This document shows, in pieces, positions 9,217 through 19,323 of a stretch of DNA of 24,000 nt. The number at the start of each line of letters is the position of its first letter. Within the stretch, counting starts at the first letter, position 1. The DNA comes from Aestuariivirgaceae bacterium. Lineage in GTDB: Bacteria; Pseudomonadota; Alphaproteobacteria; Rhizobiales; Aestuariivirgaceae. Where the stretch lies: NCBI GenBank assembly GCA_965216335.1, contig OZ244154.1, positions 557,373-581,372 on the forward strand, given 5' to 3'. Below the pieces are notes generated by a model. The model had not been told where the DNA came from. It made no database searches and saw nothing but the letters and a program-made list of their open reading frames with translations. The position numbers and the translations under genes are program-made.

Positions 9217-9729
9217 ATGTCCACGGGAGCGAACCGCAAACCGCACACGGCGGTCTTGTCTTCAAGCGCTGCGTTGCTGGTCGCGCTGGCCATCGGTCTT
9301 GCTGCCGACAGCCGGGTCACGACGTCAGACGGCGGCCTCGAGCATGACTATTCCGGCGGCCAGGTCGCCCGCCTCATCAACGAAACCGCTCCCGACTGGT
9401 TGGTGATTCCGCCGCGCTCATCTTTTCCTGTCGTCAACAGGATCGGATCGCAATCCTCAGCGAGCCGCGTTGTTCACTACCGCACCCTTGCCAGCGAGGC
9501 CGAGATCACGGCCTTCCACAAGGTCAAACTGGCCTGGAAAGGCATGCAATGGCTCGACATCGACCCTGTGCCCGGCGATCATCACACACCGCTAGCCGTT
9601 CGGATCGGTCACTCAAGCAATGGCGGTGAGCGGCTGCACATCACCATCCGCAAGGCAGGGGCTGTCAACCTTGTCGAGATTCTTATCGCCGGCATGGATG
9701 AATCCGAAACGGCGCGCTTGACGCAGTAG
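9217..9729 (+). CDS. Hypothetical protein with N-terminal membrane/signal segment
   Basis: ATG preceded by AAGGAGG at good spacing. Hydrophobic segment AALLVALAIGLAA. No recognised domain. Confidence 0.55.
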   Translation: MSTGANRKPHTAVLSSSAALLVALAIGLAADSRVTTSDGGLEHDYSGGQVARLINETAPDWLVIPPRSSFPVVNRIGSQSSASRVVHYRTLASEAEITAFHKVKLAWKGMQWLDIDPVPGDHHTPLAVRIGHSSNGGERLHITIRKAGAVNLVEILIAGMDESETARLTQ

Positions 9730-9780
9730 TGTAATTCGCCGCAGCATCCCGGACCCGTTCGCAACAGACAGGAATCCGCC

Positions 9781-10176
9781 ATGCCGCTTCCCGAATTCTT
9801 CATGATCGATGGCGCCCCCCAGCCGGTCGCGACCTTTTCCCATGCCAGTGAGATCGACGGCTGGGTGTTCCTGACCGGACAGATGCCAACCTTTCTTGGC
9901 GAGCCGAACCGCCCGTTGCCCGACGGCATAGAAGCCCAGACACGGCGGGTAATGGACAATCTGATCATCGTGCTCGACGGCATGGGGCTAGGGCTGGAGA
10001 ACGTCGCCCAGGCGCGGGTCTACATCACCAACTTCGAGCGCGACTATGAGGCGATGAACCGGACTTACAAGTCATACTTTGCCGAAGGCAAACTGCCAGC
10101 GCGCACCTGCATCGGCGTCACCGGCCTGGCTGTCGGAGCGCTGGTCGAAATCGACATGATCGCCCGCCGTCCGTGA
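9781..10176 (+). CDS. RidA/YjgF/YER057c/UK114 family protein
   Basis: FSHASEIDGWVFLTGQMPT, ARVYITNFERDYEAMNRTYKSYFAEGKLPARTCIGVTGLAVGALVEIDMIA is the RidA C-terminal signature. Confidence 0.9.
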   Translation: MPLPEFFMIDGAPQPVATFSHASEIDGWVFLTGQMPTFLGEPNRPLPDGIEAQTRRVMDNLIIVLDGMGLGLENVAQARVYITNFERDYEAMNRTYKSYFAEGKLPARTCIGVTGLAVGALVEIDMIARRP

Positions 10177-11577
10177 TTACCTGGGCATGCGGTTCCAGGC
10201 ATCGAGCGCAGCGATTTTGTAGGCCTCGGCAAGGGTCGGGTAGTTGAAGGTGTTCTCGACAAAGTAGTCGAGCGTGCCCTTCAGGTTGAGCACCGCCTGA
10301 CCGATGTGAATGAGCTCGGTGGCGCCTTCGCCGACGATGTGGCAGCCGAGAAGGCGCCGGGTCTTCAGCGAGAAGATCATCTTCATCATGCCGAAGTTGA
10401 GCCCCATGATGTGGCCGCGCGAGGTCTCGCGGAATCGGGCGATGCCGGTTTCATAGGCTATGCCGCGCTCCTTGACCTCCTGTTCGCTCATCCCGACGGT
10501 TGAAATCTCCGGCACCGCGTAGATACCATAAGGGAAGTACTCAGGCGGTTCCTGGGCCTGCAAGTCAAAGGCGTGGCAGGCGGCGATCCTGCCTTGCTCC
10601 ATTGAAGTCGAAGCAAGGCTGGGAAACCCGATTACATCACCGGCGGCGTAGATGTGGTCAACATCGGTCTGGAACGTTTGGGAGTTGACCGCTACGCGGC
10701 CACGGTGGTCGACTTCCAGCCCACAGTTTTCCAGCCCCAGAACGTCAGTAGCACCGACCCGGCCGGCGGCGAACAGCAAGCTGTCGGAGCGCACCTGGCG
10801 TCCGTCTTCCATCCGAACAACACAAGCGTTATCCAGCCGCGTGATGGTTTGCGCCTTGCAGCCTAACCGGAGCACGATGCCGCGGTCACGCATCTGGTGC
10901 ATGAAGTCCTCGATGATCTCGCGGTCGATGAAATCAAGGATTTGATCGCGCGGCTCGATCACCGTCACATGAATGTCGAGGGCATTGAAGATCGTCGCAT
11001 ACTCGATGCCGATCACCCCGGCACCGATGATGGTGATGTTGCGCGGAACATCGTGCAGGTCGAGCACCTCATCAGTGTCGAGAACCTTTTGCCCGTCGAA
11101 CGGCACATAGTCCGGCCGGAAAGGACGGGTGCCGACGGCGAGCAGAAAGCGGTCGGCGGTGATTGAAATCGGATCGGCATCATCGCTGGTGATCAGCACC
11201 GTGTTGGGGTCGCTGAACCGGGCTTCGCCGGCGATGACCGAGACGCGGTTGCGAGAGAACTGGTGCTGCAGAACTTCGACCTCGTGGTCGAGGGTCATCA
11301 GCAGCCGGGCGCGCAGGTCGTCTGCCGTGATGTCCTGCTTGACCCGGTAGGAGCGGCCATAAAAGCCGCGCTCGCGCCAGCCGGACAGGTTAAGCACGGT
11401 TTCGCGCAAGGTCTTCGAAGGGATCGTGCCCGTATGCACCGAAACTCCACCGACCCGGCGGCCCTTTTCGACCACCAGCACGTTCTTGCCAACCTTGGCT
11501 GCTTGAATGGCCGCACGGCGTCCGGCAGGCCCTGATCCGATGACGATCAGGTCATAGTGGTCGTTGGCTTTTGTCAT
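10177..11577 (-). CDS. sthA: Si-specific NAD(P)(+) transhydrogenase
   Basis: [52 protein letters not shown], which lacks the CxxxxC redox pair of lipoamide dehydrogenases. Also IGVEYATIF-like [33 protein letters not shown]-like C-terminus. Confidence 0.9.
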   Translation of the reverse strand: MTKANDHYDLIVIGSGPAGRRAAIQAAKVGKNVLVVEKGRRVGGVSVHTGTIPSKTLRETVLNLSGWRERGFYGRSYRVKQDITADDLRARLLMTLDHEVEVLQHQFSRNRVSVIAGEARFSDPNTVLITSDDADPISITADRFLLAVGTRPFRPDYVPFDGQKVLDTDEVLDLHDVPRNITIIGAGVIGIEYATIFNALDIHVTVIEPRDQILDFIDREIIEDFMHQMRDRGIVLRLGCKAQTITRLDNACVVRMEDGRQVRSDSLLFAAGRVGATDVLGLENCGLEVDHRGRVAVNSQTFQTDVDHIYAAGDVIGFPSLASTSMEQGRIAACHAFDLQAQEPPEYFPYGIYAVPEISTVGMSEQEVKERGIAYETGIARFRETSRGHIMGLNFGMMKMIFSLKTRRLLGCHIVGEGATELIHIGQAVLNLKGTLDYFVENTFNYPTLAEAYKIAALDAWNRMPR

Positions 11578-12905
11578 GACGGATCAACGGGTTCCGCAAT
11601 GAGGTCGTAATCTGTGGCGTCGGTAACATGTACACGCACCAGGTCGCCTTGGGCGAGCCCGGTTGCGCCAGGTAGAAGCACGTTTCCGTCAATTTCGGGG
11701 GCATCCCATGGAGAGCGGGCGATAGCTTCGCCCTGGCCTACGTCGACTTCATCAACGAGAACATAGACACGGCGGCCAATCTTGTGCTGTAGGATGTCTG
11801 CGCTGATCTCGGCCTGCACCTGCATGAACCGGTGCCAGCGCTCCTCCTTGACCTCTTCAGGCACATGGCCGGGCAAATCATTGGCGCGAGCACCGTCCAC
11901 CGGTTCGTACTTGAAACAGCCGGCCCTTTCGATCCGCGCCTCGCGCATCCACTCAAGCAGGCACTCGAAATCCTCATCCGTTTCACCGGGAAAGCCGACG
12001 ATGAAGGTCGAGCGGATGGCGAGGTCGGGGCAGACGCCGCGCCACGCCGCCAGCCGGTCGAGCACCTTGGCCTGATTAGCCGGCCGCCGCATGGCTTTAA
12101 GGACCGATGGGCTAGCGTGCTGGAACGGAATGTCGAGATATGGCAGCACGCTGCCTTCGGCCATCAGTTCCACCACCTTGTCGACGTGCGGGTAGGGGTA
12201 GACGTAGTGCAGTCGGACCCAGGCGCCGAGCGAGCCCAGTTCCTTTGCCAGATCGTAAAACCGGGCGGAAATCTCGCGGCCATGCCACTTGCTTGCCGCG
12301 TAGTTGATGTCCAGGCCATAGGCGGAGGTATCCTGTGAAATGACCAGCAGTTCCTTGACACCTGCCCTGACCAGCCTTTCAGCCTCATAGAGCACCGACG
12401 CCGCTGGCCGACTTGCCAGATCACCACGCAATTCTGGGATGATGCAAAATGTGCACCGATTGTTGCAACCGTCTGAAATTTTTAAATAAGCGTAGTGGCG
12501 CGGTGTGAGCTTGAGCCCTTGATCGGGCACCAGGTCGAACTTTGGATCGTGCGCCGGCGGTACTGCATTGTGAACCGCGTTGACCACCGCCTCGTACTGG
12601 TGCGGTCCGGTGACCGCCAGAACGTCGGGATGGATATCGCGAATGGCCGCTTCATCGCCGCCCATGCAACCGGTGACGATAACTCGGCCGTTCTCTGCAA
12701 TCGCCTCGCCAATCGCCTCCAGCGACTCCGCCTTGGCGCTGTCGAGAAACCCGCAGGTGTTGACGATCACTGCATCGGCCCCGGCATAATCCGGCGAAAT
12801 CACATAACCCTCGGCTCGCAACTGCGTCAGGATACGTTCGGAGTCCACCAACGCCTTGGGGCAACCGAGACTGACGATACCGACTTTCGGGAGGGGTGCG
12901 GGCAT
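11574..12905 (-). CDS. rimO: Ribosomal protein S12 methylthiotransferase (radical SAM)
   Basis: [74 protein letters not shown] (CxxxCxxC), [19 protein letters not shown]-terminal TRAM-like region. Last 4 nt overlap the sthA start. Confidence 0.95.
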   Translation of the reverse strand: MPAPLPKVGIVSLGCPKALVDSERILTQLRAEGYVISPDYAGADAVIVNTCGFLDSAKAESLEAIGEAIAENGRVIVTGCMGGDEAAIRDIHPDVLAVTGPHQYEAVVNAVHNAVPPAHDPKFDLVPDQGLKLTPRHYAYLKISDGCNNRCTFCIIPELRGDLASRPAASVLYEAERLVRAGVKELLVISQDTSAYGLDINYAASKWHGREISARFYDLAKELGSLGAWVRLHYVYPYPHVDKVVELMAEGSVLPYLDIPFQHASPSVLKAMRRPANQAKVLDRLAAWRGVCPDLAIRSTFIVGFPGETDEDFECLLEWMREARIERAGCFKYEPVDGARANDLPGHVPEEVKEERWHRFMQVQAEISADILQHKIGRRVYVLVDEVDVGQGEAIARSPWDAPEIDGNVLLPGATGLAQGDLVRVHVTDATDYDLIAEPVDPS

Positions 12906-13000
12906 TGATTCCTGCTAGCGGGGCGAATATGCAGTTTGTATGAAGCGCCGCTCTCATTAGCGCAGGCCAACTGTTCCTGCAATCATGTCAAGGATTTGTC

Positions 13001-13876
13001 ATGGACACATCGCGCGAACGGGCAAAGAGCCTGAGTTGTTGGTCGGGGCCGGTCGATCCGCAACCGCTCAAAGGCGGCCTGAGCAATGAGAGTTTCACCG
13101 TCGTCGATGGTGGTGAAACGTATGTCGTGCGCTTCGGCACGGACGTGCCCGTGCACCACGTGTTCCGTGACAACGAGGTGATGGCCTCACATGCGGCGTT
13201 TGAGGCCGGGTTTGCCCCTGAACTGGTTCATGCCGGTGAAGGTGTTACGGTTTTCCGGTTCATTTCCGGCAAGACATTCGACGAGGCCGATGTCAGGGCG
13301 AACATCGAACGTGTCGCAGCCCTGGTTCACAACTTTCATAACGAAATGCCACACCACGTTTCCGGCCCTGGCCGGTTTTTCTGGCCGTTTCATATGGTAC
13401 GCGACTATGCCCGGACGCTGAAGGCCGGCAACAGCCGGATGGTGGGCGAGATACCCGGCTTCCTGACGCTCGCCGACGAACTCGAAGCCGTACAACCTGC
13501 CATGCCGATCATTTATTCCCACGATGACTTGCTGCCGGCCAACTTCATTGACGACGGCGAAAGGCTCTGGCTGATTGATTTTGAGTATGCGGCCTTCTCG
13601 ACACCGATGTTCGATTTGGCCGGTGTATCCTCCAATGCCCAATTCGGCGAAGACGAGGACAAGCGTTTGCTGAGATCCTATTTCGGCAACGCACCGAATC
13701 AAGCGCTGCAAAGGGGGTTTGGTGCAATGAAATGCGCCTCCCTGCTGCGCGAGGCGATGTGGAGCATGGTGTCTGAACTGCATCTGGACGCGCCAGGCGT
13801 TGATTATGTTGCTTACACCGATGAAAACCTCGAACGCCTCGATCAGGCCGTTGCTGCCTACAAGGCCAGGTTCTAG
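13001..13876 (+). CDS. Phosphotransferase, choline/ethanolamine kinase-like
   Basis: GLSNESFTVVDGGETYVVRF, IYSHDDLLPANFIDDGERLWLIDFEYAAFSTPMFDLAGVSSNAQF (HDDLxxxNF...IDFEYA Brenner-like and DFG-like motifs). AAGGA upstream of the ATG. Confidence 0.85.
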   Translation: MDTSRERAKSLSCWSGPVDPQPLKGGLSNESFTVVDGGETYVVRFGTDVPVHHVFRDNEVMASHAAFEAGFAPELVHAGEGVTVFRFISGKTFDEADVRANIERVAALVHNFHNEMPHHVSGPGRFFWPFHMVRDYARTLKAGNSRMVGEIPGFLTLADELEAVQPAMPIIYSHDDLLPANFIDDGERLWLIDFEYAAFSTPMFDLAGVSSNAQFGEDEDKRLLRSYFGNAPNQALQRGFGAMKCASLLREAMWSMVSELHLDAPGVDYVAYTDENLERLDQAVAAYKARF

Positions 13877-13878
13877 CA

Positions 13879-16320
13879 ATGGTGTTGCCAACCCACGCCC
13901 AGGTTGTCGTCATTGGCGGCGGTATTATCGGCTGTTCCACCGCCTATCATCTAGCCCGGGACCACAACGCGGATGTCGTGTTGCTGGAGAAGGGTAAGCT
14001 GACGAGCGGTTCAACCTGGCATGCCGCCGGATTGGTCGGCCAGTTGCGTTCATCGGCCAGCATAACCCAGGTGTTGAAATACTCCGTCGGCCTTTATGAA
14101 ACACTCGAAGCCGAGACCGGACTGGCCACTGGCTGGAAACAGAATGGTGGGCTGCGCCTGGCCTGCAACGAGGAACGCTGGATCGAGATAAAACGCCAGG
14201 CGACGACGGCCCGTAGCTTCGGCCTGGAAATGGAACTGCTGAGCCCGACCGAAGCCAAGACGTTGTGGCCGATGATGGATGTCAGTGACCTGGTAGGCGC
14301 GGCCTTTCTGCCGACTGACGGCCAGGCGTCGCCATCCGATATCACCCAATCGCTCGCCAAGGGCGCGCGCATGCACGGCACCAAGCTGTTCGAGGGTGTG
14401 ACCGTGACGGGTATCGCAACCGAAAACGGCCGCGTCACCGGCGTTGAGACTGACCAGGGCACAATCGCGACCAGCCGGGTCGTCAATTGCGCCGGCATGT
14501 GGGCCCGCGATATCGGCGCCATGGCTGGCGTCACCGTACCGCTGCAGCCGGTGCAGCATCAGTATATGGTTTCCGAACCGATCGACGGCATAACAGCTGA
14601 CCTGCCGACCCTACGCGATCCAGACCGGCTGACATACTTCAAGGAGGAGGTCGGCGGCCTGGTGATGGGCGGTTATGAGTTCAACCCGATCGCCTGGGCC
14701 GACAGTGGTATCCCGGATCAGTTCGAGTTCCAGCTTCTGGAGGAAAACTGGGAGCATTTCGAACAATTCATGGGCTCGGCCATTGCCCGCGTGCCTGCCT
14801 TCGAGACCGCCGGCATCAAGCAACTGATCAACGGTCCAGAGAGTTTTACGCCGGATGGCACCTACATCATGGGCGAGGCACCGGAAGTTGCCGGGTTCTT
14901 CGTCGGCGCCGGGTTCAATGCCTTCGGCATCGCATCAGGCGGCGGGGCAGGGTGGATGCTTGCCGAATGGGTGATGACCGGAGAGCAGCCGCTCGATCTG
15001 TGGAGCGTCGACATCCGGCGGTTTTCAGCCTTGCACACGGACCGCGACTGGGTGCGCCAACGTACCCTGGAGGCCTACGGCAAACACTACACCGTCGTCT
15101 TTCCGCACGAGGAGTACAAGAGCGGCCGGCCGCGCATCGTCTCGCCACTTTATGACCGGCTGCAGGCGCGGCGGGCGGTGTTCGGCTCCAAGCTTGGCTG
15201 GGAGCGTCCCAACTGGTTCGCGCCAGCAGGCATCGAGCCGTGTGATGACTATTCGATGGGCCGCCAGAACTGGTTCGAGCATGTCGCGGGGGAGCACAGG
15301 GCTGTGCGCGAAAGGGTAGGGCTGTTCGACCAGTCGTCATTCGCCAAGTTTGAACTCTCAGGCAAAGACGCTTGTGAGGCCCTGTCGTGGATCGCCGCCA
15401 ACAACGTCGACGTCGCGCAAGGCCGCGTCGTCTACACTCAGATGCTCAACTCACGCGGCGGTATCGAGTGCGATCTGACAGCGGCGCGAATGGCTGGTGA
15501 CAGGTACTACATTGTCACCGGAACCGGTTTTCGTACCCACAATTTCAGTTGGATCCGTCAGCACATCAAGCCGGGACTTGATGCCAGCCTGCGCGATGTA
15601 ACCGAGGCCTATGGGACACTGTCGCTATTCGGACCACGCGCCCGCGATGTCCTCAATGAGCTGACAAACGACGATCTGACCAATGACGGTTTTGCGTTCG
15701 GACACATGAGGGAAATCTCCATTGCCGGTCACTGCGTGCGTGCCTTGCGCATCACCTATGTCGGTGAACTCGGCTGGGAACTGCACATGCCCATTAATGC
15801 GACCGGCGAGGTGTTCGATGCGCTGTTCAACGCTGGCAAACCGCACGGACTCGCGCTGTGCGGTTATCGGGCGATCGAGTCGCTTAGGCTGGAAAAAGGT
15901 TACCGCGCCTGGGGCAGCGACATCACGCCAAATGACTCTCCGTTCGAGGCAGGGCTTGGCTGGGCTGTGAAGATGAAATCTGGCCAACCGTTTCTTGGCC
16001 GCGAGGCGGCGCGAGAAGCTGCGAGCTCACCGCTCGAAAAAATGTTGATTTGCTTTACCGTCGACGACCCTGAGGTGACCTTGCTCGGCCGTGAGACCAT
16101 CCTGCGCAATGGCGAGCCGGTCGGGTATCTTTCAAGCGGCGGTTTCGGTCATACCATCGGCAAGCCGATCGGCTACGGCTACGTCAGGCATGAGCAGGGC
16201 GTTGATCACGAGTACGTGTTCAACGCTGACTATGCCTTGGACGTTGCAACAGAGCGAAAGCGCTGCAAACCGCACCTAACATGCCTGTACGACCCGGAAA
16301 ACAGCCGGATCAAGTGCTGA
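13879..16320 (+). CDS. Dimethylglycine/sarcosine dehydrogenase-like FAD oxidoreductase with C-terminal GcvT-like domains
   Basis: VVIGGGIIGCSTAYHLARDHNADVVLLEKGKLTSGSTWHAAGLVGQLR; the TWHAAG His is the covalent-flavin site in DMGDH/SARDH enzymes. C-terminal RVGLFDQSSFAKFELSG, GGIECDLTAARMAGDRYYIVTG, GYRAIESLRLEKGYRAWGSDITPNDSPFEAGLGWAV match the aminomethyltransferase (GcvT)-type region. Confidence 0.9.
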   Translation: MVLPTHAQVVVIGGGIIGCSTAYHLARDHNADVVLLEKGKLTSGSTWHAAGLVGQLRSSASITQVLKYSVGLYETLEAETGLATGWKQNGGLRLACNEERWIEIKRQATTARSFGLEMELLSPTEAKTLWPMMDVSDLVGAAFLPTDGQASPSDITQSLAKGARMHGTKLFEGVTVTGIATENGRVTGVETDQGTIATSRVVNCAGMWARDIGAMAGVTVPLQPVQHQYMVSEPIDGITADLPTLRDPDRLTYFKEEVGGLVMGGYEFNPIAWADSGIPDQFEFQLLEENWEHFEQFMGSAIARVPAFETAGIKQLINGPESFTPDGTYIMGEAPEVAGFFVGAGFNAFGIASGGGAGWMLAEWVMTGEQPLDLWSVDIRRFSALHTDRDWVRQRTLEAYGKHYTVVFPHEEYKSGRPRIVSPLYDRLQARRAVFGSKLGWERPNWFAPAGIEPCDDYSMGRQNWFEHVAGEHRAVRERVGLFDQSSFAKFELSGKDACEALSWIAANNVDVAQGRVVYTQMLNSRGGIECDLTAARMAGDRYYIVTGTGFRTHNFSWIRQHIKPGLDASLRDVTEAYGTLSLFGPRARDVLNELTNDDLTNDGFAFGHMREISIAGHCVRALRITYVGELGWELHMPINATGEVFDALFNAGKPHGLALCGYRAIESLRLEKGYRAWGSDITPNDSPFEAGLGWAVKMKSGQPFLGREAAREAASSPLEKMLICFTVDDPEVTLLGRETILRNGEPVGYLSSGGFGHTIGKPIGYGYVRHEQGVDHEYVFNADYALDVATERKRCKPHLTCLYDPENSRIKC

Positions 16321-16344
16321 TCCCTCGTTTTGCGAATGGCGCAT

Positions 16345-16369
16345 GGTTAATCGGGCATCAAGATTAACC
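16345..16369. promoter_or_regulatory. Perfect 8-bp inverted repeat with CtrA-like half-sites upstream of the TadG-like gene
   Basis: GGTTAATC (16345-16352) - 9 nt - GATTAACC (16362-16369). The left arm sits in ATGGTTAA, the reverse complement of the CtrA half-site TTAACCAT. No T-tract, so it is not terminator-like. Confidence 0.35.
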
Positions 16370-16454
16370 GCAGGTTTTGAGCGCCGTTCCAGCGACTTTT
16401 TCAACCGCTCGTGTGCGATAACGAACCAAATTGGCATGGACGATGAGGTTCACT

Positions 16455-17711
16455 ATGGGGTGGGTTGCAGGAAAGCTAAGACAACTCCAGGATGATACAT
16501 CCGGCGCTGTTGCGATTGTGCTGGCCGTGATGGGCATACCATTGTTCTTGGCGGCCGGTGTGGCGATAGACTACGCAGAAGTCTCACGCGTCAAAGCCAA
16601 ACTGCAAAGTGCAGCAGACGCAGCTGTTCTCGCCGCCGCTGCGCCTAAGAAGGTTACAGACTCTGAACGTAAGACCATCGCTGTCAGGTTTTTCGAAGCC
16701 AATGTCGAAAGAGACAACCTTGGGGCCATTGCAACGCCCAACGTAACCGTGACCGAATCTTCGGTGAAGATCTCTGTTGACACCCAGTATCCGGCACGTT
16801 TTATGCGTATCGCAGGTTTCACGAACCACGAAATTGGAGCCAATTCGACCGCCTTCGTTCCCGGGGAGAAGAAGGCAGAGCTGGCTTTGGTGCTGGATTA
16901 TTCAGGGTCGATGAATTCCAAGGGCAAGTATCAGGCTATGCGTGACGCCGCCATCAACATGATTGATATCTTGACCGATGATGGCACGAAAACCGATACG
17001 TTGAAATTCGGCCTGGTGCCGTTCTCACACCATGTCTACCTGTCGCTGCCAGGCGAGCACGTCGCCGGGGAACTGGCCGGCACCACCTGGACCAACTGCA
17101 CCCAGGACCGCAAATATCCTTACAACGTTGAAGATAGCGTGCCGGACCCGAGTAATGTCGACACCTTGTGGGGTATGACGACGGGCAACGGATATGGTCG
17201 CGGCGCCTATTCCCAGTGTGGTCCATATTTGAGCAACAATCTCATCGTAAAGCCACTCACCAACAATGCAAATGAAGTCAAGGCGCAGTTACTGTCAATG
17301 TCACCGCACAGCCTGACGCATATTGCGTTGGGCACCGAATTCGGTTGGGCGCTGCTGTCACCCGGCGCGCCATTCACTGAAGGCGCCCCTTACACCGACG
17401 AAGACACAAAGAAATACCTGGTCGTCCTGACTGACGGCGTTCAAACGCAGGATGCGTGGGGGCCCGGGAAGTGGCGGTCGAGAGAAATCGGCGAAGCCAA
17501 CCTTGAAGAAATGTGCACCAATATCAAGGCTGAAGGCATCACGATTATCACAATCGCGTTTGATCTCAGTGACTTGTGGACTGAGCAGCGCCTGAAGAAC
17601 TGCGCCAGTTCGCCGGACGACTTCCACGATGCTGACGGCAACGCGCAACTGGCGGCCTCATTCGAAGCGATTGCCAACAAGCTCTACGAGCAGGTGCGCA
17701 TTCTTAAGTGA
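16455..17711 (+). CDS. TadE/TadG-like pilus-assembly protein with von Willebrand factor A domain
   Basis: DDTSGAVAIVLAVMGIPLFLAAGVAIDYAEVSRVKAKLQSAADAAVLAAA (TadG N-terminal membrane segment), then LALVLDYSGSMNSKGKYQAMRDAAINMI (MIDAS DxSxS) and KYLVVLTDGVQT. ORF opens at TTG 16431. ATG 16443 also possible; GAGG precedes ATG 16455. Confidence 0.85.
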   Translation: MGWVAGKLRQLQDDTSGAVAIVLAVMGIPLFLAAGVAIDYAEVSRVKAKLQSAADAAVLAAAAPKKVTDSERKTIAVRFFEANVERDNLGAIATPNVTVTESSVKISVDTQYPARFMRIAGFTNHEIGANSTAFVPGEKKAELALVLDYSGSMNSKGKYQAMRDAAINMIDILTDDGTKTDTLKFGLVPFSHHVYLSLPGEHVAGELAGTTWTNCTQDRKYPYNVEDSVPDPSNVDTLWGMTTGNGYGRGAYSQCGPYLSNNLIVKPLTNNANEVKAQLLSMSPHSLTHIALGTEFGWALLSPGAPFTEGAPYTDEDTKKYLVVLTDGVQTQDAWGPGKWRSREIGEANLEEMCTNIKAEGITIITIAFDLSDLWTEQRLKNCASSPDDFHDADGNAQLAASFEAIANKLYEQVRILK

Positions 17712-17859
17712 CCCATTGTGTGCCGCCGGCGTTGGGAAACCAACTGGAGACCTCTGACAACCTCCCATTCTCGTCATTGACTGGCTTGTCCCAACGATGA
17801 CGGTGTCCGGAGGCACCCAGCTTGCCTCAGGATCAAGTGGGCACGGGCTCGGGGGTCAG

Positions 17860-19323
17860 CTACTTCGCAAGACAAGTCCATTCCGCACCTTGCGAGCCGC
17901 TTACTTGGAAGCCGAGCGAGTAGCAAATCTTCTCAAATTGCGCGCGCGTCATGAAACCGAGGAAGTCCATGGGCTGAACATGGGCGTGGCGTGACCATTG
18001 TTCGAACTGGCCGGCATAGGGATCACTGCTGATGCTGATGTTGCCGGACGCATTGCTGCGGTGTGAGAAAACCGGTTGATGCTGCTGCGCGCTCGACATT
18101 TGCGCGGAAGCTACACAGCCCGCAGATGCCAGCGTCAACGCACAAGAAGTCTTCGACGCCGCGCGTCCTGCCCCGGCTGCAGAGACCACAAGGGCGCCGC
18201 TATGCCCGGAGACCCTATTGCGCAGTTCAGCCTTGGTTCCAGATCCAAGATAATAACGCAGGTACATCCGCTGACCCGGTCCGAACTTTGGTGCAGCGGT
18301 GACAGAGATCACGTAGAAATCCCGTCTCTTTTGATGCTTCTTTCCTCCAGCGACCCCGTAGCGAACACGCACCGGTGTCTTTCTACCGACAAATGACTTG
18401 ACCTGTCGCGGGAACACCAGGGCAAACGATTCCGGCCTGTGACCCGACGACCACTGGGCCACGCCGTGGGCACGATCGGGACCTGTCGTCTCGCCCTGTT
18501 GGAACCGTGGCAAATGGTAGATTGTGCCGTGACCCGGCAAGTCCAGTTCGTCGAACAGCGTAGAGCGTACACCGCCCCATGGCGCGTTGATCCACGTGTA
18601 CGTGCTGCTGCCCAGATTGAAGACAAGGTTCTCGACGCGCAGCAGGTCGCCGGTGCTGACCGACAATCGGGTAATGACCATGACGTCGGATCTCAGCCGG
18701 TCCGGGACATGTCCCTGCTGGGGCCAACTGACGATGTACAAAAACCGGCCGGTTTGGTCGGTCTGCCAGGATACCAATGGAGAATAGTGGTTGCGCGTGC
18801 CTTGCACTTTCCGGTCCGCATAGGAGCCTGCCTGATGAATGAAATCAGGATTTTTTGCGCGCCAGCCACCTTCCTTGCGCTTTTTGCCTTCGCCGTGTTT
18901 GGTCAGGACAAACTGAAACACATCATCGACATACTGCGAAAACCAGTTGGCTTGTGGCGGCATATATTGTGTACCGCCCGCCTCCCAGGCATACACATTG
19001 CCACCCGATGCAATGTGGGCCCGCGCGGCGTTCACGCCTTTTCCCAAATCTATGGAAAACGCGCCGACTATTGCCCGATTGCGCTTCACGAACGCAGGTG
19101 CCCATTTCAAAGGCAATGAGTGCTCGGCAATGATCCCCACATCACGTTCGCCGGCCAGCTCCAGGGCATTCTCGAGAAACATCGCGTGCAGCTGATCGTT
19201 GCGGCCATCGACCAGCTGGCTGGCAACATCGGCCCGTGCTCCTTGGCTTAACAGCGCGACGCCAAATAAGCCGATCAGCGAAAACAGTTGGACAAGCATC
19301 CAGACCGTAGTCTTGCGCGTCAT
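17860..19323 (-). CDS. Secreted hypothetical protein, no recognised family
   Basis: Signal-like TTVWMLVQLFSLIGLFGVALLSQGARA. ATG 19323 overlaps the epimerase stop (ATGA). Long ORF consistent with coding. Includes NHYSPLVSWQTDQTGRFLYIVSWP and FGPGQRMYLRYYLGSG. Confidence 0.7.
   Translation of the reverse strand: MTRKTTVWMLVQLFSLIGLFGVALLSQGARADVASQLVDGRNDQLHAMFLENALELAGERDVGIIAEHSLPLKWAPAFVKRNRAIVGAFSIDLGKGVNAARAHIASGGNVYAWEAGGTQYMPPQANWFSQYVDDVFQFVLTKHGEGKKRKEGGWRAKNPDFIHQAGSYADRKVQGTRNHYSPLVSWQTDQTGRFLYIVSWPQQGHVPDRLRSDVMVITRLSVSTGDLLRVENLVFNLGSSTYTWINAPWGGVRSTLFDELDLPGHGTIYHLPRFQQGETTGPDRAHGVAQWSSGHRPESFALVFPRQVKSFVGRKTPVRVRYGVAGGKKHQKRRDFYVISVTAAPKFGPGQRMYLRYYLGSGTKAELRNRVSGHSGALVVSAAGAGRAASKTSCALTLASAGCVASAQMSSAQQHQPVFSHRSNASGNISISSDPYAGQFEQWSRHAHVQPMDFLGFMTRAQFEKICYSLGFQVSGSQGAEWTCLAK

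Noticed and set aside
17810-17828. GAGGCA-CCCAGCT-TGCCTC hairpin between convergent genes
   Set aside because: Only a 6-bp stem and no U-tract on either strand, so a terminator call is not justified.
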